DNA of 64,000 nucleotides from Azolla caroliniana (Eukaryota; Plantae; Polypodiophyta): contig JBHGNT010000011.1 of assembly GCA_043228905.1 (NCBI GenBank), positions 20,894,001 to 20,958,000 of the forward strand, written 5' to 3'. The notes beneath the pieces were generated by a model. That model worked only from the letters and a program-made list of their open reading frames with translations. It searched no databases and was not told where the DNA came from. Position 1 is the stretch's first letter. Every line of letters starts with the position of its first letter. The position numbers were made by a program, and so were the translations under genes. Below, piece after piece: positions 27,017-40,310 of the stretch.

Positions 27017-27551
27017 AATATGTCGCGTTGTTACGCGCGTGCGTGGAGAAAGGCGGGACCACGGGGGTCTTGGACTAGGGACCGACGGAGCGTAGGAAGT
27101 CGCACCTCACTGTTTTTTGGGGCACCCCAGGATAGTTTACAACAGTCGTCTACTGTCAAGCCGCCGTCGGGGAGCTCTCGGGCTCGTCGCGCCGAGCGGG
27201 GTCTTGCACAGGAGATAAGCTGCAGCCAACCCTAAATGAACACGAAGGGGAAGAAGAAGAAGCAGAAGAAACCTAACCCTAAACCTACCGGTATACCCTC
27301 TAATCCAAAATGGGCAACCCTTTTACAAAGGGCGTTCCCTCCCTTTTATAGACCAAGGAGAGGGATGCGTTACAATGTGGGACAAATCCCGACTTTCATG
27401 GGATCGTCTGTCCCGACTTGACTACTCTTCGGCGCCATAAAGGCGCCCTCGATATTCACACCAAATGTACATGGGTGCGTACACACGCTGCACCCCGCCG
27501 ATGTAGACAATGTTTCCCGGTTTTCACCTATGGCCGAAATTCTTCACGACA

Positions 27552-29087
27552 CCGGTATACAGCATGTCGTAGCGGATTACTTAAGCCCATTAGAGTCCGG
27601 AGAGACGGGTGACGGAGTAGCGGACGAATTTCCGGATGCGGAGCTGTTTCGAGTCACTACGGAAACGGTAGCAGATGAGACGGTGGCACAGGAAGACAAG
27701 TGGCTCACAAATATGCACCAGTTTTTGAGCACAGGACTGCCTCCGGAAGAGATGAACCGGGACGAAAGGAAACGCCTAGCGGTGCAAAGCCGACATTTCT
27801 GCTTACTGCAAGACACACTTTATCACAAGGGCGCGGACGGCATATGGAGACGGGCTGTGCGCAGCGATGAAAAGGACCTCATACTGAGGGAAGCCCACTG
27901 CGGAGTTGCCGGAGGTCACTATGCCGGAGATGCGACGGCCAGGAAAATATGGCAAAGTGGCCTATGGTGGCCAACGACATTAAGAGATGTGGTACGATAC
28001 GCAAAAGAATGTGACCTATGCCAGCAAATGGACCAGCCAACGGAGCAGGCTCGTATGCCACACCAACCTGTACTACCACTCGAGCCATTCCAAAAGTGGG
28101 GGCTGGACTTTGTTGGACCGTTCAAACCACCGGCAATGAGAACAGGTAATCGGTACGTCATCATCGCAACGGATTACTGCACGAAATGGGTGGAGGCCAA
28201 AGCCTTAAGAGACAACACCGCTGCGTCAACGACAAAATTTCTATACGAGTACATCTGGTGCCGTTACGGATGCCGAATCGAATTAATAAGCGACCAAGTA
28301 GTTGAAAGCCTGACGACATTCTATGCCGTTGTCCATAAACGGAGCACACCATACTATCTGCAAGCAAATGGGTTAGCGGAATCGATGAACAAAACGCTCC
28401 TGAATATCCTCCGGAAGATCGTCAACGAAAACCGAACGGATTGGGATACCAAGCTACATAGCGCGCTTTGGGCATACCGGACGACATATAAAACGAGCAT
28501 CCGAACAACACCGTTCCGGTTAGCGTTCGGACTAGAGGCGGTAATGCCAGTGGAATTCCAAGTACCCAGCTTACGGATCCAGCTACGGGAACGGCTGAAC
28601 GAGAAGGAGTCGGAGGCAATACGGTTAACAACGCTGTTTGAACTCGAGGAACAACGACTAGCAAGCATCCTGCACTTAGAATTGGAACAACGGCGACGGA
28701 AAGCATTTGTCGACTGGCACAGGAAAGGAAATGAAAAAATGTTCGCAATCGGCAAGCCGGTGTTAGTATTTCAGACCCAGATGGGCAAGATGCCGGGAAA
28801 ACTACGGTTTAGATGGACCAGCCCCGTATTGGCTGACACGTGAGTATAATGGGTCCTACCAGTTAGGGACACTTGCCGGCGAAGTGTTAGGCAAATGGGT
28901 CAACGGATTCCGATTGAAGCCATATAGAGGACCGATGCCTAAGAACCCATTTGAGCAAAGGACCGACACCGGTGAGGAAACGACAACCTGTGAGGGGAAC
29001 GACAACCACCAAGACGGAGGAGACGACAAGCCAGTAACAGGGGAGAATGAGGCCGGTAAGGGTCCGATAGGACCAACGGACAACTAA
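27552..29087 (+). pseudogene. Integrase of the large gypsy element (3' frameshift)
   Basis: EAHCGVAGGHY..CDLCQ (HHCC), PFQKWGLDFVGP, TDYCTKWVEA, ISD, QANGLAE, ALWAYRT, TPFRLAFG, VNGFRLKPY. Confidence 0.95.
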
Positions 29088-29488
29088 CCTCACACCACAT
29101 TAAAATTTATCAAAAAAAAAAAGAAAAAGAAAAAAAAAAGAAAAAAGAAAAAGCAAAGTAATCATGCAAAAGCGAGGTATGAATGGACAAAAGAGTGAGG
29201 AGCGAAAAGGTACGTAGTGGGCATTTAAGTGCCACCACAGGACATAATGCTATTTTAGTACACGACGTGCACACACTCGAAAAAGGCGCCAGAATGGACA
29301 GAGAAAAACCACTGCGCGTGGAGACCCTCTACTTTCGCGAACCCAGGAGCACAGAAGCACCAAGGTGCTGCAAGATCATCAGACGAGAACCTACGCATAG
29401 AGAACCCCCGCCTTCTGAACTCTCTCTCTCTCACTCTCACTCTCATCACCAGCCAACCTTGCCACCACAATCCGACCTCGACACAGAC

Positions 29489-32400
29489 ATGGACCCGCAA
29501 ACGTTGTTGGAAGCCGCCAAGAAATGGCTAAAGCAACACGGGCTCGAGGGCTTCTTGATGATTATGGAGGTACCGCCACACAAAGAAGCCGACAAGGTGA
29601 TCAAAGAGATCGATACAGAGGTCATAACGGATGAGGCGATCCGTGCGTTAACAGGCCTTCCGGAGGGAGGCATATTCACGATTGACAATCCGACCTCAGA
29701 GCAACTCATCAAGTATTTTGGTGAGTACTCCCTAGCCAGCAAGGGCTACCGGACACAGGGCGGCGGAGATATGTTGTTCCGCGAGATTGCTCGTGTGCTC
29801 CACGAATACGGCCATGTGTACCCTAGACCCCCTGTCATGCCGCAGAACCGGGCAGGGATGATCATCGCCACCTATGAAGGGATCAAGGTGGATTGGCCGG
29901 TATTGATCGCAGACGGGTTGTGTGCGGCGATCGAGATCGTCAAAGGCAAAGACGGCAAAGAAGGCCGAGACGCACGAAGGATATGGCACGCAGTAACGCA
30001 GTGGCTCACCTTGCTTGTGCCACCCGTCCAGCCCAAGAAGTGGGGAAGAGTGGCAGACGGCACCCCAAAGACTGCTTCCAAAAGACAACAGTTGTTGGCC
30101 TCTAAGGCCACTAAGGGGAAGGCGGCAAACGGAGAACAGGGGGGGAAAGGAGAGTGCCAGCCGAAAGCGGCCAACAGATGCGCAGGAGGAACCACCAGTA
30201 CGGCCCGTAAAGGTTACACTCCGCCGACCGGTGAATAGAGAAGCGGACCCCTTGGCGGCAAAACTCAATGTCGGGACTCAGGAAGAGGAAATAGAGGAGG
30301 AGCCTACAGAGCACCTCTAGCGACGGTTGTCAGCAAGGACTATTGAAGCAGCCGGGAAACGTTCGGACCCTCAGACGGAGGGAACACCTGCTCCCCATAC
30401 TGAGACTCCCACGCCAAGGGAGGAACCGGAACCGGTGCGCATGGCACCGGATTCAGAAGCCCCTGCTGACGGGAACTCAATGCTCCTTATGTCCAACACT
30501 CGGCCACAACCAAGATTCTTTTCATACACAGAAAAACGGGAAACAAATGCACGCGACACAAAGGAGAGAAAAGGGTACACAGAATGTTTACGTGGAAAAC
30601 CCCAAACTAGGGGAAAAACCACGGCAGCCCACAAGCTGCAAACTGTCACTATATTGGAATGTACAAAACAGTGAGTTCACGGAGGCAACGACCTCGTGCT
30701 CACGATCTTTGCCACAGGTGGCGGTTACAACAAAGGCAACGACCTCGTTCTCTCTCTCTCTCAACCTGTACATTGTTACACGCTCTCACTTCTTGCACCA
30801 ACAAGAAAATGACAACGTCAACATTCTAAAAGTTTGCCCTAAGTCATATTTATACTAATATGACTTTTCGGCTATTTACAAATATTGCCTCGATGGGCTC
30901 TCAGAAACATATTTACGAATATGTCTCTTCCTCTGGTTCTCACCGAGTCTGCGTCATCCAGCTCTCCATAGCCGGGTGCTCCTCATCCGGTTCTCACCGG
31001 GCCTGTATCATCCGGCTCTCCGTAGCCGGGTACTCCTCATCCTGTTCATACCGGGTCTGCACCATCCGGGTCTCCGTAGCCGAGTACTCCTCATCCGGTT
31101 CATACCGGGCCTGTATCATCCGGCTCTCCGTAGCCGAGTACTCCTCATCCGGTTTCGGCCTCGACCGAGTTTGTTCATCGGCACTGATCTTCTCCCTTCC
31201 CATCCGGAGGGACCTGTTTCCCAACACCTGCACCACGGGCAACACTGGCAAGTCCCATCCCGCTAGAGCCGGAAAGGTCAATGCAGCCTCCCTCGGCCAA
31301 CCAAGAAGAAGCGCAAGGGGAACCAAGACAGCAGGGTGGCCCACGGGTAGAAACGGAATTGCAACTCGGCGCAATCAGGCGGGACCACCCATCTACAAGC
31401 GAGCCCATCTATCAAACCTCCGTGCAAGCACAACATCAATGCACCGGTAGCCTGTGGCTCCGGTGGATAGGCGAACAGATTGCAGGATCAGTGGGGTATA
31501 TTGAGGCGGAAGAAAAAGCGCAAAGCGAACGGTTGCTCGTCACAACCGAACAACTAGAGACGGCCCGGTCCAGAATCCGGTGCCTTGAAAAAGACTTGGA
31601 TCAGGTCACGGAAAAAATGGCCAAAATGGCCTTAACGGCAAAACAGATCCAATCACCGGTGACTCCGGTAAGTGTACAGAATAAAGAACTAGACCAACCT
31701 GTACATACTAATAAGACCCCGACAACGGAACCCGTCACAGAGAGAGATGCAGCGCAAGCCCAGGAGCTTGCGGAATTGAGAGATGAACTTGCCGCACAAG
31801 AAGCGCTAAGGAGCCGTAAACGGGAATTGAAGACAACGGCAGAAGCAGAATTAAAGAAGACTGCTGAGAACCTCCGCCGGGCAGAGGAGAGCCTCCGGAA
31901 AGGCCATCAAGCGTACGACCGGCTAAGGGAGGAAAAAGACAAAGTGCTGCAGGAAAAGGACAAGCTGCGGAAGACGGCGGAAACGGAAATTGAACGGCTA
32001 AAGGAAGAGCTCCGCCAACAGAAGGACCGCGAGGACCGGGCCCGTCGACAAATCAACGCACAGCTCAAGCAAAAGACAGATGGTTTTGAGCACCTGCACC
32101 GGGACTACAAACGGCTCGAAATGGAGCATAAGGAACGGATGACCGAACTCCAGCAGGAAGTTGATCGGGCCGCGACGGCGATCGCCGACGAATGTGCGGA
32201 AAATACAAGATGTTTGGACGAGGCGGAGAAGGTCCGGATGGAGCTCCAGAGGCGGCAGCAGGAAGAAAAGGAGAGAGCGTCAACGGTATTGCAAAAATTA
32301 CAAAGCACATATCAAAGGCAATTGACGCATTACAAGGAGCAGGCGGAAGACAACGTCAAAATCATCAAGCAATTGAAGGAGGAATGGCAAGCTGCGGAGA

Positions 32401-33128
32401 CCAAATCGCAGTTGGGAACGGGCCGGATTCAGTGCATCTTCCGGGCATGGCTGAATCAGACAAAACGCTTGATTGACGAAAGCTCCGTAAGATGGTGGAT
32501 AAAATGGGCACAAAACGCGGCGGAATTCCAATTGCTACGGGCAGACGTGGCAAACCGGCGGAAGGAAGGAGATGATTGTTACACGTTGACTTCTGAGGAC
32601 TTCACCGCCATACGGGACGAGCTGGCCGATGACTTCCAAGTCATGGCGGATGAACAGTTGGCGCAGGTCCGACAACTCGTAGCTCAGCTAGACGATGATA
32701 GGCTGGACACTCAAATCCAGTTTGAAAGCTACAAGCGGTCCCGGGTTCAGGAAGAAAAAGCACGGGAAGCAGCAACGGTTAACCTTAGTGATGAGGAACC
32801 GTCGCCGGCCGAGGGCCAGGCCGGAACCAGTCAACCGGAGACCACTACAATGGAGGGAGCAACGACAGAGACGCCGGTGTCAGAGCAACAAACGGAGGAG
32901 CACCCACCAAAGGACCAGTCGCAGCAGCCATCAACAGAGCAGCAACAGCAACAACAACAACCACAACAACAACAACCAATTCCAGATGAACAATTGGAGA
33001 CTCTCGAACAAAGCATTCTGGATATTTTGGACGAAGAATAGCAAGGGTTGGATGTGGATTCGACGTACAAGGTACTGTCCCACGGGTGTGCCATGTGTTA
33101 CCGGCCGGCAAAGGAGTCCAGAGTGTGA
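29489..33128 (+). pseudogene. Long 3' extra ORF (plant-transposon-protein-like N-terminus plus long coiled coil), interrupted by a solo LTR
   Basis: ORFs 29183..30238, 30015..30320, 30327..30466 and 31232..33041 join after removing the solo LTR, with one frameshift and two stops. Motifs ITDEAIRALTGLP and KVDWPVLI; E/K/Q/R heptad-rich region. Confidence 0.75.
30467..31226 (-). mobile_element. Solo LTR (760 bp, probably Ty1/copia) with 54-bp tandem repeats in U3
   Basis: Minus strand TGTTGGG...CCCGTCA; 5-bp TSD CCTGC (30462-30466, 31227-31231); copia-like GGGTTTTCCACGT motif; four 54-bp units 30925-31140. Confidence 0.9.
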
Positions 33129-33528
33129 AACGGGGAGTTATTTAATTATTAGGAATGGTTGTAAGTAAGCTATGAGTGTGGACGGACGGACCAGAATTAG
33201 TATGCCGTTCCGGATCTGGACCGATCCCGAACAGGTGCGGATGGCACCGTTTTGTACTACAGACCGGAAACCTATTTAAAGGCCCGGATACAATGTAATG
33301 AGCAGCGGTTAATTAATAAAGCTTAGTGTTGTTATCTCTCTGTGTTAATTGCCGTTCTGCATTCATTGTTATATCTTACGCGTGTGAATGTGAAGGACGA
33401 TCATGCTAAGTAACCTAATTAAGTCGGATTAATCGTTGAGTCTAATCCTGTTGCCGTAACACCCCTTTGGTGAAGTGTCTTCCGTAGACACCCTGTGTTA
33501 GGCCATTGTCCGGCCCTAAGAGTTAACA
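33096..33528 (+). repeat. 3' LTR of the large gypsy element
   Basis: 433 bp, ~97% identical to 18895-19327. Confidence 0.95.
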
Positions 33529-33772
33529 CAGGTGTTGTAGGTTTTAGAGTTAGGGTTAGGGTTAAGGATGATGGTGGTTAACGATGACGAAGATAGACAT
33601 GGTGAAATAGCAAAGATAATGAAGAGTATGATGGTGAGAGAGATTGACATGAAGATGTTGAGAATTATTGAGAAGCATTGCGGGGTAAGGATGACATTGA
33701 TGAGCATTGCGGGGTGGGGGGTGGTGCCTAGAATGGCTCCACCCCCCTCCCAAGGGGTTCAACGTTGAGGGG

Positions 33773-33829
<57 letters not shown>

Positions 33830-34132
33830 AAAGAGAGATAGAGAGAAATGTTCATTCATGTTTCATTCATTCCCCAAGGGGTTCAACGTTGAGGGGTTAA
33901 ATAGTACAAGAGGGGGTAGATACATAGGGGTGTAAGCCCCCTAGAGCATTCATATTGGACACTCACTCACACCTCATTGTATCCCTCCACATGCACACAC
34001 GTGTGCATGTGTTCACATACATATCGGCTCACAATTACATTTATGTTCCCTACACATATACAACATCATCATGATAATATTCGACCCTCGCTCATCACAC
34101 TTGACTCTTCGTACATCTCATACGGGGTAACA
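33529..34132 (-). mobile_element. Probable truncated LTR of another family abutting the gypsy 3' LTR
   Basis: Minus strand begins TGTTACCCCG and has ctatttaa, (CT)n and AACCCT repeats; 24-bp direct repeat at 33749 and 33873. No partner or TSD seen. Confidence 0.4.
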
Positions 34133-36028
34133 AACAAGTAGACTATTTGGACACATACAACACTTTCTTACATTTATAATTGTTTGTGGGCCTCCAAACT
34201 TTCTCCACTGAGCAAATTGAAGGTGGCGGGCTTGCATAAAATTCCTACTACAATATGATTATATCTTTACCCATCCATTCCTTTAATTACAGTCTCACAG
34301 AATTTCCACATAAATTTATTCTTTCATGCCAAATTTGATTTCCCATCACACAACTCTATACTTTGAAATCTGAGTAATTTATCGTTCTCCTGATGGTCAA
34401 TTACTTAAACACGTCTTTCATAACCTTAGGGTTCTTCTTATGGCCTTCTGTGCATACACGTGGTCAAGCCTTGGAATTTTCCTTACAATACATTTGGGTG
34501 AATCAATCCTACTTGGTGGTGGGGATGCTCAAAAAGAGGATCCTAGATGCACCAACCTATGTCATTTGCTTAGCTCACAAATGCAGGACAATCGTGGATT
34601 GATGCTTAACTTGTTGGATGACAAGCTAACTTATGAAGAGAGATCGTCCCTTGTGCAACATTAGGATAACAAGTTTCTTAAAGATAAGGTCAAATATAGG
34701 GGAATTAATACCTTAATATACACATATTAGTTAACGAATTTGTGCAAGGTATTTAAATTTGAATTGTTGATTCAAATTACATAGACCCAAACATCAAAAT
34801 GTTTTACATGTGGATCATAAATATGTTGAGAATTCAAGACATTATTGTGGGCATTGATGCAATACCCACCTATATGTCCCACATCATTTAGTTTTACATC
34901 ATAATGATCCAAAAATTTGCACCTTAATGTTCTTTTCATTTGTCAAGCTTCTAGAATGTCCACATTATCATTCCATGCCTTGCCTAGACTAGTGAAATCC
35001 ATTTCTATTTCTTTGATTTTGACAACATGCACCGGTCTTTCTCATATTCAAGACTTGGATTTACTATAAAAAAATTTCCAAGAAATACATACTAGACAAT
35101 GTACCTTAACTGAGGCTCCCACACGACACACAAAAGACAAGACTAGGATTAAGTCAAAGAAAAGAGTACAGCAGTCTTTTGGTACGTGTCATGAAACCAT
35201 TTGTATGGGTAGTTGAATAATGGAACGACAACCATCTATTAAAGAAGGGTTAAATAAATTATCTTGGCTGCGAGATCCTAGTAAACATTAATGGGGGAAA
35301 GATATGAACTACACTCAGTTTATGGAAAATGTGTGCAACTACCATAACAATAGTAGTAGTATACCAACCCATTACATCCTAACAACCTAATCTCTTGAAT
35401 ATCAAATAGAAGAAATCATTCTATTGAACTTCTTGAGTTAAAAGGACTGGAATGTTGTGTAAACGAAACAAAAGTCAACAAATCATAAACCTCCTTAAGG
35501 TATTAAATTATAGAGGCCTTTTAACACAACTTGATATTATCTTGAAAAGCACCAATGTGTGTCCAAAGGTATGCAATCTATTCTATGATTCAAATTTTAC
35601 TTAAACCTAATGGTTGTATTAATTATGTCATTACAATATCATCTTGGAAGAGACCAAAAATGAATCAATTCCATGTATCGAAACAAGAGGAAAATATTGT
35701 TTCCCAACAATGACAACCACCTTCAAGTATGGTGTACTTTGAACCAAGTGATGTTCAGGGTTAAACTTGTTACACCTTTACAAAGGACAATGCTTGTAAC
35801 CTTTTGTTTCTTGTCTTGGTTATGAAACACAACCACATTTGAACAAGGAAGTGGATGGTTTCTTCCATCAACACGTTCGAGTGATGATGGTATGACAAGG
35901 TAGAGTAGAGACAAATGGGATTGTTAGACCAAATGAAGAAAGAATGCACATCGAATGAATATTAGTGCTAGTGTATGGATGTAATTTAAATGTAGTAATA
36001 ATAATGGGCTCTTCCAATGAACAATCAG

Positions 36029-38606
36029 TTAATGAGAATTGATGGCATCGCAACGAAGACGAACCTCTCCTTGTGACCCAGTTTGAACATTGAGAACACT
36101 AAGCTTCTGTATGGCATGAGCCCAAGCTGTAAAGAAGGTGGGTTGCGAGGATGCAAAGAGAGAAACTGTGGCGCGTGTACGAGGGTCACTCCAAAGGATT
36201 TGATCTGATGCCAACAACCCTAGCCCATGTTCTAGGTTGCTAAAGAAGACATTGTCAAATTGCTTGGGTGTGCTCACATCATTGAATGCCACCACCGTAG
36301 GGTCGAGGTTCACATTCGGACAAGATGCCCTTAGTTGTGCTGCATATGTCTTATTCAATGTTGGATCTGGGATCGCTCCATATACTCGATTCATAAATTG
36401 GTTGCAGTGCGAAAAGCCAATCGTGTGTCCACCTGCACAAGTTCAAGACTTGTTAGCCATAAATATGGCTTGCATCCTATATTATCCATAGGGCAAATAA
36501 ATGTGCCACACCTGACAAAATCACCATCTCGTCACGTGTGAAGCCTTTCCTTGCAAACAAGTTCGTAAGTTCATCCAAACTTTGTGTTGGCGCCGGCAAA
36601 TTCCCAGGCACCAGTGATGCCTTTGAAGTGCGACCGTCTTTCCGTCCCTTCAACAACGGCCAAAATGGGCCCCCAACCTTCTCAAGAACCAATAGAAAAG
36701 CATTACTAAGAGCAAATACATCACATGTAAAAAGTTTAGGTTATCCCTACTCTTTATATGTCTGAATATCTTTACTGATGTGGCTTGTTACAAAAGATCA
36801 TTCCCTACCATCCTTTTCCCTCGTGTTTTCGCCAATGATGATCAACACAAGGGAAAACCTAGCTAGGTATAGTGTGAAAGCATCCAAAACGTTTTATATT
36901 GCATAGAGTAATTGGAGAGTGACTAGCCTCTATTGCAAAGTTGCAATTATGAATCATAGCGTGAAAGTGGCCAAAACTTATTGTTATATTTTGAGAGGAA
37001 TTAGTCTTGGAGTGAATGATAATGTGAAAGTCTCTCCAACTTAGTGTGGTATAGATGACAAGGAGGAGTTAGTATGTGAGTGAATTCAAGGATCTATGAT
37101 GTTGCATAAGTGCATACAACAAAATGCATTAAAAGCCTTGATGGGTGCATCTAAGTTAGTGAGGTTGCACAAGAAATATGAGAAGGTCATGTGTTCAAAC
37201 ATCTAAAATTTCCGCTAAAACCCATGCATGCATGTAGTGGCACCAAACCCTAATCAATAAAACCATGGCGTACCACTAGGATACATCAAAGAGAGAGAGA
37301 GAGAGAGAGAGTTTATAAACATATATTACAAGTCCCACGAGGTCTCTGGTTGTGATAGCGAGGATATCGGCACAAGAAACAATGCCCGGGCACGCCTCCT
37401 CCACGGCCGCCTTGGCACGCATCACGGCATCGAAACCGTCTCCAGGTAGTGACAGGTTCTCTTCTGCGTCTTTCTCCGCTTTGTTTCCAGGTGTGGACGC
37501 GACCATGACCGAGGCATCGCAGCCCTATAATCGCAATCTCGGCCCATTCCATCGTCCATTAGAGACATAATCCACAATACATACACACACACACACAGAA
37601 GAAAACAGAGAAAAATAAAAAATAAAAGCACTCCCTCTCTATACAAAACTTGAAAATTTGCGCTGTTATATAAGTAACCACCGTTGTTAAATCAGAAATC
37701 CTCCCACCACTTAATCGCCACCGTTCATCCAAAATTAAATAAATCCATCTTGCTAATCAGTAGCCGTTGATTCGGAACCAATCACCACTGTTCTAAAATC
37801 TCCTTTGCCAAACCCTAACCCTAACCCTAACCTAACTCTCGCCCTAGTCCTTAACCCTAACCCTAACAAAAGACTGTGTTTTATACACAGAATTTCTCCT
37901 GTTCAGTGCATTTTGTTTTCCCTTCTCCAGAAACAGTCCCAACCGAGTTTTCCACTCCATTATCAACAGTGAGAATCTCTTCCATTCCATTTTGTTCTGC
38001 ACTGAGTTCTCTCCCCTGAAGAAGAGCCCTAACCAAACGCTTGACACTATCATTTCTTCCATTCATTTATACTTCAACTAAAATCTCTTCCTTAATACTC
38101 ACTAACCCTAATCCAAGCCCTTCGAAGTACTTTCTGGTATTTATGTCTAGTTTTTCACCTGAATTATCTTTTCTAACAACCAAAACTCTGTGTTGATACA
38201 GAATTTCTTCAATGCTTTCAGATTTTACTTAAAATGACAATCCATTTACCTTACCCTAAGTCTAATGCGAGCATACTAATACGAATCCTAATCCACATTA
38301 AAAAAAAGAATGAGCTTCATGCAGATTTATTTTGTTTTTTACCGTGACGAAACAGTCATGGAAGAAGATACGCAGAGTTCCTGCGGCTGTGACGAAAGAT
38401 TCTTTCTGCTTCTGCACCATAACGCTGTGTATAATCTGCTCGACTTCGGGGCAGCTCTCATGGTAATAATCGAAAGAAAGAGAAGAAGAAGAAGAAAATG
38501 AGAAGAAACAAAGGGGGGGAAGGAGGAATTGGAGAAGGAAGGAAGAGGAGATGAGAATGGGGATGGGGATGGGAATGCTGTTAGTTCTGAAGATCGATCC
38601 GGCCAT
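36029..38606 (-). CDS. Class III secretory peroxidase, 4 exons, 342 aa
   Basis: Exons 38606-38343, 37524-37330, 36677-36512 (typical 166 nt) and 36432-36029; 1029 nt in frame. Signal peptide, [62 protein letters not shown]. Confidence 0.96.
37811..37867. repeat. (CCCTAA)n telomere-like tract in peroxidase intron 1
   Basis: aaccctaaccctaaccctaacctaa...ttaaccctaaccctaac. Confidence 0.85.
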
Positions 38607-40079
38607 GGCGTTCCTTGTATCGATGGATTTCTTCTACGCAGAGAGTGTACTGTGTGACGAGGGATGAGAGAGAGGAAGAGGAGGGTATATATGTAATTAA
38701 AAAGAACAGAGGAGGAGGGGTATTTATGTAATTAAAGTTTTTTTCTTGTGTCCAAAATGCACTTCATTGAGCAAGCAGCAGTAATGGTGTGAGTTTTTTA
38801 GATGCTCTTCTCTCTCTCCCCCCACAAACATCTTCATATATTATTGACTTGTCAAAAAAAAACAAAAACAAATGCAATAAGAAGAAGAAGGAATGCAAAA
38901 GCATGTAGTAAAAAAAACAAGAAATTAGAGAAGAGAGGTGTGTGTGAGTGGTAACCACAGAAGAGATCACACAAAAATTGCAAGCAAATTAGCTCTTCTT
39001 CACATACACATAAATAGACATACATATATTCATAAATGTGTGCGTGTTGGTATTATTTCACTATCTACCTTTTGTTATTTAGATGTATTGTATGCATTTT
39101 TGTTTGTTTGTTGCTTTCTGGATTGTCTAGGATTAAATTTTCTATGGGGTTTTTTGTTTTGTTGTTGTTGGTGGTGGGGGGGACAAGAGGGCTTCCACAA
39201 GAGGGAGGGTAGGCCATGCATGATTGATTAATCAAATCTTATCAATCTCCTATGTCTACCAACCTATCCTCTTCCTACCACCTCTATCATCTCCTCTTGC
39301 CGCGTGCCCATCAATGCCTTGCAAAAACTTCAAAACACCAAATGGGCACAAAGCTTTCAAAAGACCCAATCCCTCATCTTTGCTTCTTTCATGAGTCACT
39401 TCGCATGGGTTGCATTGCACTTCATTGATCGCCGCTAACCCGCCCAACACATGGTGCCTGCAAAACATCGACTTTGTTAGGTTCGTACAACAATAGCATT
39501 GCAATGTCTCCGACACCAATATATTGCAAATGTGTTGAACAAAACCTTAGAAAACAAGCACAATATTAAAACATTATCAAATGATTGTAGAATAAGCATT
39601 TGTGCTTCCTAAGTCAAGAGATTCAATAGTAAAATGTACATGGTTTTCTACCCCCAAATGAAGGTACCCCAAATGTACTAGTAGTTGAAACTTTTGAGGG
39701 TAAAATATGGGTTTAGTCAATCGTCATGGCAGTCAAGGTAAAATCCCTAGGTCAACAAATGGTCATCTCAAACAATAATAAGGGTTTAATCTTTACCAAA
39801 ATTATGCCATGAATGTGTACCCGATCATTCACATGTGAATGTGTTTTTAGCTATCCATTACTTGAGCACTACTATTATTGAGTATTGCCCTTGGGATTTG
39901 GGCTTTGCACTATCATTATTTGAGTGCTTGTATATAACATTCCAATCTGCCATTGTTTAAGGCTACGTGACATTCCACTTTACAACTTTTAGATACTCTT
40001 TGAGTCATTAAACATTTTATTATGGTCCACTAGTAATGTAATTTATAGAAATATCATTATGTTCTTCGTGGATGTGCAT

Positions 40080-40310
40080 TAGTGAGTTTTCACCTTATCC
40101 AAATATGGTTGCCTCCATTCCTAGTTTTGTCACAAAAAGACCAAGCATACCCATGTGAAGTATCACTTTATTTGTTTGATATTGAGGATAAGCAAATTGG
40201 GCTTCGTGAGATATTGGTTCAGCATAAATCAAGCAATATCTTCACCAAAAGTCTCCATTATGAGCACTTCGCGTATCTTCTTTGTCTTATTGAGATATGC
40301 TAGATTATTG
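40080..40310 (+). pseudogene. Ty1/copia RNase H C-terminal relic
   Basis: Across frameshifts HKKTKHTHVKYHFI and SNIFTKSL, matching copia HxRTKHIDVKYHFI / ADIFTKxL. Confidence 0.7.

Larger units (their letters stand above)
23048..27551 (-). mobile_element. Nested non-autonomous gag-only LTR retrotransposon (4.5 kb)
   Basis: 531-bp LTRs 27021-27551 (5') and 23048-23578 (3'), ~13 differences; 4-bp TSD CCGG. Removing it restores host HRPG-IQHVVADY. PPT ggtgggggcgga at 23579-23590(-). No PR/RT/INT motifs seen. Confidence 0.92.
18895..33528 (+). mobile_element. Ty3/gypsy LTR retrotransposon, non-chromovirus type, defective, with 3' extra ORF and nested insertions
   Basis: Two 433-bp TG..CA LTRs with ~12 differences, PBS, gag-CCHC-PR-RT-RH-INT order. 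Integrase ends VNGFRLKPY with no chromodomain. No TSD (aacaa vs caggt). Confidence 0.95.

Noticed and set aside
30925-31160. Hammerhead ribozyme/retrozyme or CRISPR-like array in the 54-bp repeats
   Set aside because: Core reads CGGATGAG rather than CTGATGA, no properly placed GAAA and stems, and no unique spacers.
23047-33168. Many overlapping GC-rich ORFs on both strands as separate genes
   Set aside because: They are shadow frames of GC-rich retroelement sequence or LTR duplicates.
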